Below, one piece after another: positions 38,796-51,895 of a stretch of 64,000 nt of DNA. The number at the start of each line of letters is the position of its first letter. Within the stretch, counting starts at the first letter, position 1. A model generated the notes under the pieces. It did no database searches, was not told where the DNA came from, and worked only from the letters and a program-made list of their open reading frames with translations. This stretch comes from Sphaerodactylus townsendi (lineage: Eukaryota), in NCBI RefSeq assembly GCF_021028975.2, contig NC_059425.1, positions 72,726,001 to 72,790,000 of the forward strand. Direction: 5' to 3'. Made by a program: the position numbers and the translations under genes.

Positions 38796-39097
38796 GTAAG
38801 CAGACACTGGGGGCCCAAAATCAAATGTCACCTCACAACTCATGCATGTGCCAGGAAAGCCGATGGCAAAATACCCCTCAGACTTCTTTATTCCTCATAC
38901 AGTGAAGTAAAGAGACCAGAATCAAAGGGTGTATACCAGCTTATTAACATGAAGGCTGTTTCCCTCCTGAATTAATGCCTGAGCGTAAAGCTGTTATTGT
39001 TTGGGTTCTTTTCTCATGTGAGACCTAGACAAATCTCCCCTCTCCCCCACCCCCCATACTGGTACTTCATGGTAATACCTATGCTAAATAGGAGACC

Positions 39098-39325
39098 AAT
39101 AGTGGTTAAGAGTGTCAGACTAGTATCTGGAAGATCCAGGTTCGAATCTCCACTCATACCATGGAAGCTCGGTGGAAGATCTTGGGCCAATCACCCTCTC
39201 TCAGCTTAACCTACCTTACAGAGCTGTGGCAAGGATAAAACAGGATAAGAGAATGACGGAGCCACTTTGAGTTTCCATTGGGAAGAAAGACAGGCTATAA
39301 ATGAATTAATTAAATGAATAAATGG
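39098..39325 (+). mobile_element. Older Squam3/MIR-like SINE
   Basis: tagtggttaagagtgtcagactag...ccaggttcgaatctcc (B box), typical body, (AAAT)n tail. Confidence 0.7.
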
Positions 39326-40087
39326 AATAAAGAATTGTATCAAATATTTTAATATGTAGCAGCTACTGAAAGAAGTAGCCCTCCGCCTCCTTTTCCACAA
39401 GCAGTATATCTCATGACTGCACTGTGAGTTTCTACCACAAGCAGAAGTCAAGTGGAGTGGGAAAATCCATAACATAATGATGCTACTTTGTACTACTTGA
39501 CCACATCAGGGGAGAAATGAGGGTGCTGTTTTCAGTAGCAGCTGTGTGTCTCCTGTAGTGCATGGTTCCAACGTCTGGGTCACCCATGTAGCCATGTTAG
39601 CAGAGAGTCCCGCATGACCTTTGTTCTTATTCATAATGGTTATATATTAGTCAAGGAATTGATTCAGACTGTTTTGCTTTAAAGTTGACTGTAGACACTC
39701 TATTTTGTGCCTCATAGAGCTGGTGCTGTTTTTTTTGTTCCTGTGAAACTTAGTGAGAGAAGGTTTTCAGAGGTGTGTGGATAAGAGGAAGGAAAAACTT
39801 CACCTTCTACATTGCTATTTTAAAGGCAATGGAACAGGACTAATTTAATTTAATTATTCAACACTTCCTGATGAGTGCGGCTCACAGCACTATATACAAT
39901 TACAAATATATAACCCGATATAAAGATTTAAAACTACAGTTCCCACAGTATGGGAATAACCCTGAGGGTAGAGTTATTAACAAATATAAAATCTATAAAA
40001 ACATACAACAAGAAAAGAATGTAAAGAACATAAAAGATGAAAAAAAAAAGATTAGGAAAAACAACTGTTACTAGATGTGTATGCTCC

Positions 40088-40210
40088 CCTTCACTGGCAG
40101 CCTTCAAGTAGTGGCTGGACGAATGCTTGTCAGCAATGCTCTAGGCCACCCCTGCATTGAGCAGGGGATTGGACTAGATGGCCTGTATGGACCCCTTCCA
40201 ACTTCTATCA
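40088..40210 (+). mobile_element. CR1 3'-end fragment (different subfamily)
   Basis: cctgcattgagcaggggattggactagatggcc...cccttccaacttctat is a typical CR1 3' terminus. Confidence 0.75.
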
Positions 40211-42689
40211 CTGCTATGACAGTTCAGATTTTAGCAGCCATATGCTGCTCTGCAGCAATGCTCTCTCTTCTCGCCATATGCTAGAATCCAACTCAGGCAG
40301 TTGCCAGTTTAGGTCTGTACAGTGGCTTACCGCTAATGGGGACATGGGGTGTATTATAAATAGACTCTGCATTATACTCTGCTGAGGTCCCTCTCCAGGC
40401 TCCACCCCCAAATCTCCAGGAATTTCCCAGCCCAGAGTTGGCAACCCTAGGCTACACACATTATTTTGTACTTGGTTATGCAGACAGCAACTCACAAATG
40501 GTTATTCTGGGAGGGATTTTTCCTTAATCTATTTATTTGATTTGGGGATGGGATTGCAATAATGGAGAAAAATAATCATTCTTACAACTATTTCCCATAT
40601 ATGTTATATATATAACAAGAATAACACAATAATAATACCATCAGCAGTTAGCAATGATGAAACCCCCGTCTTATAAATAAAGTGCTTATTGAAAGCTAAA
40701 TTCCAAAGTGCCTCGGAATGTCAGTGCTTCCGTAGGAACACTCTAATTAGAAGATCTCTTCCAATATTCTAAAAACAGCTTCCAAGAGCTTTTATAGTGA
40801 TTATGCCCTACATTTTATTTTATTTTTGTTCAGAGAATGATTTCTTATGTCTGTTTATGACATGGCCGTGCACATTCGCTTTGTTTTTACTTAGCGCTGA
40901 AGTGCATCATGCTTTGGGGTGCCATAAAATAATAATGTAGTTACCGGTACTTGTGAATGTGCTGCTCATTGCTTGTACCTCAGATATTGCTGTGCTCTTA
41001 ATGACAGCAGGGGTGGGCAACTACGGTAATTTGTTATCATTCACTAGCTTATGATCCTACTCCAGCATGCACAGTTTAACTCAAGCTGGACATGAGTCTT
41101 CACTGCAGCAGTAGTGTTTCTGAATTCTGGATTGTGGCATTAATGACAATGCAAAACACAGTGGGGCAGATTAAAGGGGTTTTTTTCAGGACCATGTTAT
41201 CTTTGCCATTTGGAGATGTGCCATGAGATTTCTATAGTTCAGTTGTGGGGAGGTTTTCCCTCCTATCTGCCCTGTCTGTTTTTTGGCCAAGCCTCAACAA
41301 CTGGAGATGAACCTGGAGCATTTCCATACAGTCACAGTCCCATAAATATATTTAAGCTGCTGCTTCACTTTTCCACATGACTTTTCAGTGACCATACTAG
41401 CAGAAAACTATCCATGACCATAGCACAATGTCCAGTTTGCACATTATAGATAAATTGGTAGGGGGAAGATCTCGCTCTAGAGGAATAACCACATAATAGC
41501 GTGCCATTTTTATTTTCTGTTCCTATTTAGGAGAAGTGTAGTGGAGGGAGCAGACAAAGCTTTGTTGAATTTCTAAGAACAAAAGGCTTTCAACATTACA
41601 GCAAGTGGGAAGGGGATTTATGTCACAAACAATATCCAATATGTGCCAGGTAACAATCACGATAGTACTATGACTGGGGGAGGGGAGGGTGACATTGCAG
41701 TTCCACCACTACAAAACATTAAGTTCAGCCAGTGGAATTTTCCCACAGCAGATAAACAAGCTTGTGGGAAGATGTGCAGTGTTTACACAGCAAACTGGGA
41801 AAATCCCTTCCATAAAACATCTCCTTATTTTACAGTAAGGCACCTGGCCTTGAAAAAAATCTGGATTTTTTTTTCAGAAATCCCACTCTCCCTCCCCATG
41901 ATAGTATTACACTTCCCTTAGAACCAAGCAATGGTGAATGAACTAATATTGACTGGGAGTATTGAGGTGGATAGTGAGAAATCCCTTTTTCTGTCTTAAC
42001 AAGGAGCAGTCCTAAGCAGGTCTCCTTAGAATTAAGTCCATTTTATTCAGCTGGGCTTACTTCAAGGAAATCTTCTTCTTAGCCACAATCCCTGATTTCA
42101 GCATGTGAGAGGCAAGAGGGTTGACCTTCCAGCTGTGAATGCCTGGACAGTGGTCACAGGCTTTATAGTGCAGGGCTTCATATCATATGAGGACAGATAG
42201 TTACCGGCTGGTAACTTTCTCTTGCATAAAGGGAATGCAGAAGTTGACTCTGCTCCTTAGGGAATGGGAGGTGACTGAGGCTGTGCCCTGAGCTGCCCCT
42301 GAAATCTTGTAACCATGGGAACAGCATGAGTGGCATGGGCTAATGAAGCGGTAAGTGTCTGGCTTTGAGGATAAAGGAAACCCTTAAGAGTTCAGCATCA
42401 GGAGGACAGAGTATGGAACATTGCTGCAGCTTTCCAGAGGTAGGAGAGAGATATTTGAGCGCTTCCTCTCTCCTTCCTTAACATGTTTTGGTGATCCAGC
42501 TAATCTTTTAAGGGGTAAGGCGAATAACAAAATAAAAATACCTTATTAAATTTCATACACACACATATACATGCAACCCTGGTTAAATCTAGAAAGCCAG
42601 ATCCAATTTTTTTTTAAATGTTGAAATCCTAAGGATACTTTCTTGGCAGTAAGACCCATTGAATAATATGAGACCTGCTTCTTAGACCT

Positions 42690-42884
42690 GCTGTGTTTGC
42701 CAAGTCACATCTGACTTATGACAATCCCTACTGGGAATGTTCCGATGTGGTTTGTGATTGCCTGCCTCCACCTCACAGTTCTGGTAGTCCATTGAGGTCT
42801 CCCATCCAAATACTTGCCATGGCTGACCCTGCTTGACTTCTGAGATCTGACAAGGTCAGTCTAGCCTGGGCTATCCAAGTCAAA
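42690..42884 (-). mobile_element. 5S rRNA-derived SINE (5S-Sauria-like)
   Basis: Minus strand cagatctcagaagtcaagcagggtcagccatggcaagtatttggatgggagacc matches the 5S internal control region, followed by a BovB/Sauria-like tail (ggcaatcacaaaccac...cataagtcagatgtgacttg). Confidence 0.8.
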
Positions 42885-43908
42885 GAACTGCTTATACTTG
42901 CTCCCAAAGTCTCTTACATAATCTTGGCACAATGCAGTGGCTTCAGTTTCGTCAAGTTCCAGGAGAAGGAACTTCAAGCTGATCTACAGAATGGGAGGCC
43001 TATAAAACTTGTAGGGGGATCCCATTTTTGCCCCACCCCACCCCATCATGGCTCCAGACTCTCACCACCTACCTTAAGCAAGCTGCCACAATGGCAGACC
43101 TGGAGCCTCTCTTGATGTCCAGCACCAGGCCCAGAGCCAGTCCAGGTGTCTGCCACAGTGGCGGCTATGCCCAGAGCTGTTCTAGGTGTCCACCACCAGG
43201 TCCAAAGTAAATCCCTGTGGCAGCCATTTCTGAAGGTAAGTATATTCTGGACACTTGCTGGGGGGCATTCAACTTCCCCAACATTTTTTTAATGTCAGAT
43301 TTTTCTGCCAATTTAGGGGATCCCCTAAGTCTGCAGAAACATCGGTTTGGGGTAAGAGTAACCCAAGTTCACGAATTTATGTATCCATAGATGGGAACTA
43401 CACTGGAAATCAGATATATAAATATCACTCCAGGGTACAGATAAGGGAGGAGTCTGATTTTTCAAATTCTCTTTTAAATGCACCCACACTAGCACAACAG
43501 ATAGAAAAGTTTTGTATGTCTATTTCCTTATTAATTAAAATATATACCTCCCATGTTTCCTCTTGGCTCAACCTATCTCATGTGGTTGTTCAGATAAAAT
43601 GAATCACCCAGAGCCCCATGGAGGAGTGCCAGGATAAATATATAACAGATAAAGTAGTATAGTCCAGAATTCAGCCATTTTTTATGCTGCATCATGTGTC
43701 AAGAGATGTTCCCCACATTTGTTGAGAGGGTGGGTCATTCATTCATTCATTTGTTCAATCATTCTGTGTCAATGGGGTGAGCAGGCAGTAACAAAAATAA
43801 GATGGTAATCTATGGTAAGAGCAGCAGAGGTTCTGGTTGAAGTGTGACATCATTCTCATATGTCTGCTTTACCAGCACATTTAGTATTAATTTATCCCAT
43901 GAATCCAT

Positions 43909-44437
43909 GGCCCTTTTCACACAGCGGCGGCAACGCTTCTCCACTGGCATAATTTATGCCGGTGGACGTGTGGGGACTGCTCGCACGAGCAGTCCCAGCT
44001 CCCTCCCTAGCCAGAGAGGTGGCTCTGCACGGAGCCGCCTCTCGATCGCCCTCCTCCACTCACCTGCCTCTCCAGCGTCACTCTGGAGGGCTGCAGGGCC
44101 CCTCCCATGCTGCTCTCTGACCTCTGGACATCAGGGGACAGTGTGGACAGGTCCCCGCAGTCCTCCAGAGCAACGCTGCTGGAGAGGCAGGTGAGTGAGA
44201 GCGATGGGGAAAGGGGCAGCCTCCCTGAGATGCGGTTTGCACCACGCCAACGGGAAGACGCCCCTTTTCAAAAAACCTCGCTCAGGGAGCGAGGTTGGAA
44301 AGTGGTGTCTTTGCGCCGCTGGGGGGAGCAAGGACGGCGCTGCTGCAATGCAGCAGCACCTCCTATGCGAACAGCTCCCTAGGGACGGCGTTTTTGCCAT
44401 CCCTAGGGCGCTGTTTTTGTCCCGTGTGGAAAGGGCC
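43909..44437. mobile_element. PIF/Harbinger-type MITE with internal palindrome
   Basis: TIR GGCCCTTTTCACAC / GTGTGGAAAGGGCC; internal inverted arms at about 44030-44222; right subterminus shared with 16810-17228. Confidence 0.8.
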
Positions 44438-44969
44438 CAAGTGTGTATCTTTGCTTTCGCTTGATATTGTTGCTCATTAATCTTTTGTTTAAATGGCCAG
44501 GAGGGACCTAGCAACCCTACATCTGCCCCATTGTTCTTCTTACAATGTGAGAATCTTTACCTGCCATACTGAGGATAAAGCAAAATTTTTAAAAAACAAA
44601 GTGATGAGGATCAGTTTTGGAAATGAAAACATTCCCTTTCTACACATTTACATCAACTGTGTAACTATGAACACAAAAATACTTCCCTTGTGTGTAATAA
44701 ATGTAGTCATAGAATATAAACATGAAAGTATGTGTGGTGGGGAGCCTGAAGTGTGGATAGACATTCTTCAGGATAACTCTGGGAACTGTAGTTATGTATG
44801 ACGGACTAATGGCAACTAACAGCATTCTCTGCATCTCACCAAACAACTGTTGCCAGGGTTCTTTCTGGGAAGTCATAACAGTTAAAGTGATATAAAACTA
44901 GTATATGTTTGTAGTGGAGATTTGCCCTCTGTAAAGTCTGAAGCTGCCAAATGGATCATCAGTCTAAGA

Positions 44970-45120
44970 CAGTGGTGGCAAGGCAAACCTTTGGCACTCC
45001 AGATGTTATGGACTACAATTCCCATCAGCCCCTGCCAGCTTGGCCAATTGGTCAGGCTGGCAGGGGCTGATGGGAATTGTAGTCCATAACATCTGGAGTG
45101 CCAAAGGTTCGCCACCACGG
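44970..45120. mobile_element. Palindromic hAT MITE (same family as 34264-34400)
   Basis: Perfect 8-bp TSD GTCTAAGA (44962-44969, 45121-45128); lies about 236 bp upstream of an MDGA1 acceptor. Confidence 0.92.
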
Positions 45121-45356
45121 GTCTAAGAACTTGATAACTAAGAACTGAAACACTAGAGACTATGAAGGGACCCATTGGGCACAACAAGATCAAAGACAAT
45201 TTGCTTTGGGGTTTTTTTTCTGTGCTGCATTTATTTTAGCTGTATGAGGATCTGTAGAGACTGCCATATGTTAAGGGAACCCAGTCGGAGTAGAGGGGCA
45301 GGACCCTTAACTAACCCCTCAAGATCGTTTCCCACTCTAATGTTCTCTGCCTGCAG

Positions 45357-45465
45357 ATCATCTTTGAGGGTGTCTGTGGCACAGGCTTCGAGGGAGATAT
45401 TGCCATTGATGATGTCACCCTTAAAAGGGGGGACTGTCCAAGGAAGCCAATTGTCCCAAATAAAG
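45357..45465 (+). CDS. MDGA1: MDGA1 penultimate coding exon: [36 protein letters not shown]
   Basis: Acceptor tctctgcctgcag|ATC and donor AATAAAG|gtgag; 109 nt, phase 0 to 1. Contains the MAM hallmark GDIAIDDV...G.C and is in frame with the previous exon. Confidence 0.95.
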
Positions 45466-46608
45466 GTGAGTGGTTATGTTTGGTGTACTATATGCATGTA
45501 GCACCCCTACTCTGGGGAAGAAGTTGAAAAAACTCTGCCTACTGACAGGACTCAGAGTGTATGCTTATTGCATCTCTGCATAGAGTTCTAAGTGTGGATC
45601 ATTACTTATTGAAAGTCAAACCGGATGAGATAGCAGGAAAATCATCACTGGATTTCCCACTTTTTAAAGTTCAAAACCGCTGCAGAGTACAATGTAAGTT
45701 CAGGGAAGGTGTCTGAACCTTTTTCACAGTGATGTGTCCATGATCTAAATCGTACACGTTGATCAGGCTTCTGTTTAGCCAGAAAACATGCATGGAGCAA
45801 AGAGCAGTCCTTAGGTCTTAGCCACTTTGCCACATCTAACACGGTTGCTCTTAAGTTTTGCCACATTAATTAAAGTAGTTATTCTTTAAAATCTTTATCT
45901 GCTGTGAGGCAGAAAGATGATCGTTGCAGCAGAAGTTTCAGAATACAACTCAGACCATTTCTTTCATTATTACTTATTTTTATTAATTTGTTAATTAATT
46001 GGTGTATGTTTTTAATAAGTATGAAATCAACCCTGTGTTAAAAATCACAAACTATCCGTACCAGAGAAGGCTAGTTTTTCATTAATATTTTATTGAGATA
46101 TAGAATACAACAGATTTAGATCATTGCCTGATATTTATTTGTTAATTCATGCATTTTTAAATGCTGCCCTTTGGTTTTATGGTATATATTTGGTCTTCCA
46201 ATGTGCCTAATAGTTTACAATTAAAAATTACAATTAGGGAACAGCTTACAATTATCTACTCATAAAAACATTGGATACATTAAAACTAGTGGGATCCACT
46301 GTATTATTTATACAACAACCTTGGCCAGTTCCTAGATGCTTTTTGAAAAGCTCTGCCAAATAAGACTTCCTTCAAGATCAGTAAGGGCAGGACCAAGGTA
46401 GAAGGAAGTCATTCAGATACGTGCTAAGGTGTCCTTCAAAAAATTAGAAAGCCTTATTGTATGTTTGTGCTCAATTATTTCATTGTTGAATGCATAGTCT
46501 TGCCGTGATCTGTCATATTCTTTAGATCATCCCTTCATTTTGAGAAGTTTTAGGTAACAAAGTAGGCAAGTTTTCCATGTCTAATCCTTCTCTTTCTTTG
46601 CCCTACAG

Positions 46609-46700
46609 CAGTTGCCCTTCCAGGGAACAGTGCCCCCACCCTACACAAATCTTCCCTCTGCGGGCTGCTACCTTTCTTCCTTTATGTGCTGCTCAGATGA
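46609..46700 (+). CDS. MDGA1: MDGA1 terminal coding exon, GPI-anchor signal: (A)VALPGNSAPTLHKSSLCGLLPFFLYVLLR*
   Basis: Polypyrimidine tract plus ccctacag|CA; phase 1 completes GCA (Ala). Small-residue omega region (G-N-S-A), hydrophobic tail, stop TGA at 46698-46700 immediately followed by TAG. Confidence 0.9.
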
Positions 46701-49700
46701 TAGCAAGCAACGGCTCCTGTCTTCTAACCAAGACATTCCTCCTCCTTTCCTATTTGGTCACCTCTGTTCCTCTTCCTCCCCCTCCTCACTGGCACACCAA
46801 AGTGTCCATATGTTACCAAAGACTAACAAGCATGACCACCCAAAGGGGATCCAACTCAGAGCCTGAGGGATTCCTGGAGGAAGTCATAATGCGTGAGAAC
46901 AAAAAAAAAAGAAGAAGAAAAACAACAAAAGTACCCAAGAAAGAGAAAGTGGGAGGAAATAATGGAAAGAAGAGATACAAATGCTGGATTAAAAGGCAAA
47001 GCTGAGAATGGGAAAAATATTTAAAGGATGGATGAAACAAAAAAACACGTTTCCTTGGGAACGATGAATGGGACTTCCTCAGGGAAGTGGAAACTTTGTT
47101 TTAAACAAAAACAATATATTAAAGCACAAATTTCTACTAGAACTGTTACCTTCTTTACTGCGGAGCTACGGTTTAGGAGACCTTCTAGCACAGAGCCTCC
47201 CTTCTGGATCTCGGTGCTATTACTTTCCCTGGCTGTCTCTGGCTACAACCTATCTGCTGCAGCACGTCCTCACCCTTTCAAAATAGCATCCCATTCGTCT
47301 CCATTGGGGGCCCACCCCTTCCCCACGTGCTGGTGACCATACAACCTTGCCCCCCACTGCTGCATGTGCTCCTGAGTATCCATATGCATTTTCAAGATTA
47401 TCATGTATTTACTAGTCCATGTGCCATTTGCTTTGGTCCATCAGTCACACTTTTTTGACCCCAGCTTCAGCTCAAGGAACAAAGCAGAGAAACAGACCTG
47501 TTGTGGAGATGGATGGAAAAACCTGGGACAGACATTAGCTGCTGGATCAGCTGTTAATACCCCCTCCTCCCAGTATTTTTGTTCATTTATTTTTGCTTTC
47601 TCAAGCTGCACTCAGCTCACTTCCTTTGCTCTTAGTTCTGTTCACCACCGTGGAGACGAACCAGCACAGGGACTGAGAATGAATGCCTATTGGGGGGACC
47701 AAGGCAGGGTAATGTTGACATTGAATCAGTCAGACTCAAAGCATGAGCTACAGAAGCCTTGGGACAAAGATCTTGTCTCCATGTTTGTTTTGTTTTCTCT
47801 TCCATTCCCTTTCTATAACTCTGTCCCCACAGACAGGATGAGGTTTTTCTTAATCAGAGGGAATTGTATACTACCTTTTATCTTCTTCTATGCCTTGCAC
47901 AACTTATCCCTCATGACATCTGAAATTGCAACTGTTGCTTGTTAACTGTGGCATTTACCTTGGCACATTATTAATAATGGGACGGGATGTGGATGACATG
48001 GTGTTTGGTTTAGTACTGAAGGATGAGACAGCTGTATGTCAGTTGCACTATTTTAAGATAGGAGAGACAGGAAACCCTCCAGCAAGGATTGGGGAAAACA
48101 GACTGCGTGATGTTAAAAAGGAATATGTTCACAGGGGAAAGGAGTGAGATAAAGTCATGCTATGGCTATGCGAGAATAATAGAGGTCTCAGGAAAGTCAG
48201 CTTGTTGTTTTCATCTGGGCATTACCGCGCTTTTATCACTAGGTTTACCTGTATGTTAGGGAGGATAATGTTCTCTGTTGTTCTAGCAGGTAACAAGGCA
48301 GAGCTTTGGATAATAAACTGCTGTGCATATATATTTTACTTTTCCCCATAACATGTGCCCCAGCACATTTTGGCATGAGTGTGTACATTATAACAGTGCA
48401 TCTGTTACTTTTAGGTGGTGTATTTTAGGAGCAACGTAGTGTTATTTTAAGCATAGAGACCCCAGCATGTGTCCTCGCTGCCATCTCAAAAATATGCCAA
48501 CCATATTTAAAATTGGAAGAGTGTAAAAATAATCTAAGAAATAATCTAAGAAATAATCTAAGCAATGACTGAAAGAGGGAAATGTGTGCTAAATTGGTAG
48601 ACAAGCATCTGGACACACCAGTTTGTAAGGAGGCAATATTTTGCCATTATTGTAACCTGACTCTTTTGATGATTTTCATTGTGGTAGATATGTTGGTTCT
48701 GTTGCTTACAATGAGTTCCTTGCTGCTGAAAACAAAATGACTGTTCTCACCCAAAGAGTCACTATCTGAAGGGAGAATTCACCCAGACATCAGGAAATGC
48801 ACTGCTGCAGAAGATTTCAAAAGTACATTTGCATTATATGGACAAAACAGAAGGTGTATGTGGGAGTAAGATGGAATTTGTGTGGGATTCCTTGCACATG
48901 AGAAAAGATGCTTTAAGGAAGCCCAGAGCTTGGATCAGCAGAGAGTTTGCATATCATTCGATCTTGATCTATATAGGTATTTTTCCCACCCAGAAGGCAG
49001 AGATGAAATCTTCATTCTCACATCATTTTTAAAAAAATTAAATGTTCATTGCATATCCCTTTATCAGTCTTGTAGTAAGGCTGATAAAATATCCTAGCCA
49101 GCCATCTCTTACTAAAAATAAGATACTGGACTGTCAGGATGGAAGAAAGAAAAACAATCTAATTAAAAGCCTCAAATCCCCTAACCCCCCCCCCCCCCCC
49201 CCCCGGTATTTATTTTTCCCTCTGGGAAAAAAGTGATGTTTATGTGTACTCTCTTCTGATTCTATGGCCTCCTGAAGCCTTATAAGCAGACAATAGGATA
49301 CCCTCCTCCAGCCAAGCACTTAGACATTAAATTATGCCAGCTGCAAAGAGCAAAGGTGGATTCCTGCAATCAGGAGCCATATCATAGCCACTGGAAAGCT
49401 CATCACGTGTACTTATCATGTGCAACCTCTGTTTACATTAGCTAGTCCAGTGTAACTACACATCCCTTCCATATCTGAGTTCATCATCTAGAACATTAGC
49501 CCCATTGTTTAGGAAAGACTTATTTGGAGCTTTGGTCTAAGAAACATAGATAGTCTATGTAATAGGTTGTCCTTTTCTGAGCATTAGTCTCAAGAATTGT
49601 ACTGCAGTAACAAGAGGACTCTCTGGGTATAAACCTGGTCCCAAATAATTGATTTGGCATTCAAAAAGGAGAGAAAATTTTAACCCGAGGTGCTATCCTG

Positions 49701-49790
49701 GGTCAGCTATAAGTTATGATAATCAAGGTAGCATCATAAGAGGCCATATTTTCTTTTTGAGTTAATAAACTCTCAGTGTGTGTAAAGTGC
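46701..49790 (+). other. MDGA1: Probable MDGA1 3' UTR (3' end not determinable)
   Basis: Follows the stop codon and is comparatively repeat-poor. Candidate AATAAA at 48312-48317 and 49764-49769; neither can be validated from sequence alone. Confidence 0.4.
48528..48562. repeat. 12-bp tandem repeat x3 (AATAATCTAAGA)
   Basis: Directly visible. Confidence 0.85.
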
Positions 49791-49880
49791 AGTCAGGTTG
49801 CAGCTACATGGTGACCCCAGCAAGAAGTGTTCAAGGCAAATAAGAAGCAGAGGTGGTTTGCCATTGTTCTCTGCAAATTT
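49775..49880 (-). mobile_element. Sauria/BovB-type SINE tail fragment
   Basis: gcagaggtggtttgccattg and an (AC)-like tail; homologous to the tail of 42690-42884. Confidence 0.55.
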
Positions 49881-51039
49881 TTCTTGATGAACTAGGGTAA
49901 AGTAAATAGTCAGGCATGGTGATTTGGAGAGTTTCATTGCAAATGGACATTGCTCATGTTTATAAGAACAGGAATGAACAATTGACAATGCGGAGATAGA
50001 AATCAAATGTAAATAATGGACAGGAACGACAATCATATCTGTCACTGTTCTGCACCAACCTCGGGCTTTACAATTCCTTATCCATCTATGAGAGACTGAA
50101 GAAGGGCTAACCTAGTATTTATCTATGTGTAGGGGTGATATTTGAGTATTTTGTGTAGGCAGAGGAAATATTCCCTTGTTATTGGCTCAGATATGTTTCA
50201 ATCATAGTAATTTCGGGGAGCTCCATTTACCTATTTTCTTCTTTGTTTCATTTTTCATTTTTTTCTATGGCTTAAAAGCAGCAGATGCCCCTTTCCTTAG
50301 GGAGAGTTCCTACTGCAAGTGCCTTAAGTTGTCAAAATCATGAAGATGAAAACAAAAGAGTTTGTGTAATTGATTGGATTACTAAGAGGAAGAGTGAAAT
50401 AAGATGATATACCATGCTTATTCGGGACAGGGCAGAGCCATGCATCAAGTTTAAACCAGGGATCAAAATAGTTCATACTGGGAGCTCATAAATTGTTCCA
50501 AGTAAAACAGGGTTGGGTTGCATTAGTGACTTAATGTTTAGACATCCAAGTAAATGTCAGTTACTTTCAGAGAAGGGATATTAGCCCGTTAGAAGTCAAC
50601 AGCTACTTACAAGCTAATAGCTGTCAGGTGTTGAGCTGCTGTTCAAGTACATATAAAGTAATTGTTCAGATCTATTGGAGTGGTACTTTTCATGAGTTCA
50701 AGGAGCTTAGAATTCACTCCTTAAGCTGCATGAGATTTCAGAAATGAGACTCTATTCAGCTACCTTAAAGGTGTCCTGCCATTTCAACGAGACACAAGAA
50801 CTTCCTGCCACCATGGAGGTGAATGCATCTCAGCTGTATGGGGAAGCAGGTTGTAAATAGCAGTATAATCCTTCACAAAAGTTACCACAGATGTGTAAGA
50901 TACTGCTATTTTCTGTTGGATATTTGTTGGAAGAGATGCTGTGAAGCTATGAGTAATCTAATGAAATATTTGGTTGTGTGTGTATATTAGATACTGGGTA
51001 AACATATACATACCTATACACATATATTCAGTACAGGAA

Positions 51040-51250
51040 AAGAATTAAATGGTATTTTAAAGGATTAGACAAATTCCGGGACAGGAGGTTTATTAAAGAC
51101 TATAGCCATGATAAATCCACAGCCTCCATGTTCACAATCAATATTTATCTGATTATCAAATGCTGGGGGAAAGCCCACAGGGGATGACTATCATTGGGAA
51201 CCTGGCTGATTGCTTCTGAAGGCAGAAAACGGGACTAGATGGACTCTTAG
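51040..51250 (+). mobile_element. Old CR1 3' fragment
   Basis: ttttaaaggattagacaaattc...ggactagatggactc; degenerate. Confidence 0.55.
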
Positions 51251-51895
51251 TAACTGTGCTTTACAAAGAGTGACCAAAGAACAAACATTTTACTATGTGA
51301 TGTAGCCACTGAAGAAAGGTCATTATGAATTGTTGTAGACAACCTCAAATCAGATGTGGAAAATGATCATTTTAGAATATTAAAAAAACTTGTACATAAA
51401 CAGCAAAAGAAGTGTGGGGAGGGACTGTTCAGATTGCAGACGTTTCTCCCTGGCTGTAGATGTTTGTCCCTGGCTATATTTGTGCAAAACAACCATCCCC
51501 CTGCACCTATGGAATCATTCCTGGAGTGCAAATAGCGGTAAATGTGAATTAATTCTTTATGGGCCCAGTTTGGTAAACTTTGTGATTGGTTTGAAGGATA
51601 GATTGGAGGTTTCATGTGGCCTTATTATTTATGGTGATGCACAAGATATAGCTAAGGATGCAGTGCAACAAACTGAACTTAATCTGCAGCCATGATGCAA
51701 GACTATACTTGCTGTAAAAGCATTGCTGCCTGTCTGGCAATTATACCGGCATTGTTCAGTGCCTAAGAGGGAGCCAGTCCTGCATACCCAGTCTAGATGT
51801 TCCTCTTCTGGATACCAGCAGGCACTCTGGCTGCTTTGATCCCTTTAACCCATCATCATTGCTGTTGGCTGGAAGAAGGAAAAGATTAGAACATT

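Noticed and set aside
42690-42884. 5S rRNA gene
   Set aside because: Too diverged and fused to a Sauria/BovB-like tail; it is a SINE head, not an rRNA gene.
46577-47945. ORFs 46577..47005 and 47403..47945
   Set aside because: Off-frame or 3' UTR ORFs with no recognisable protein features; the real exon frame ends at 46700.
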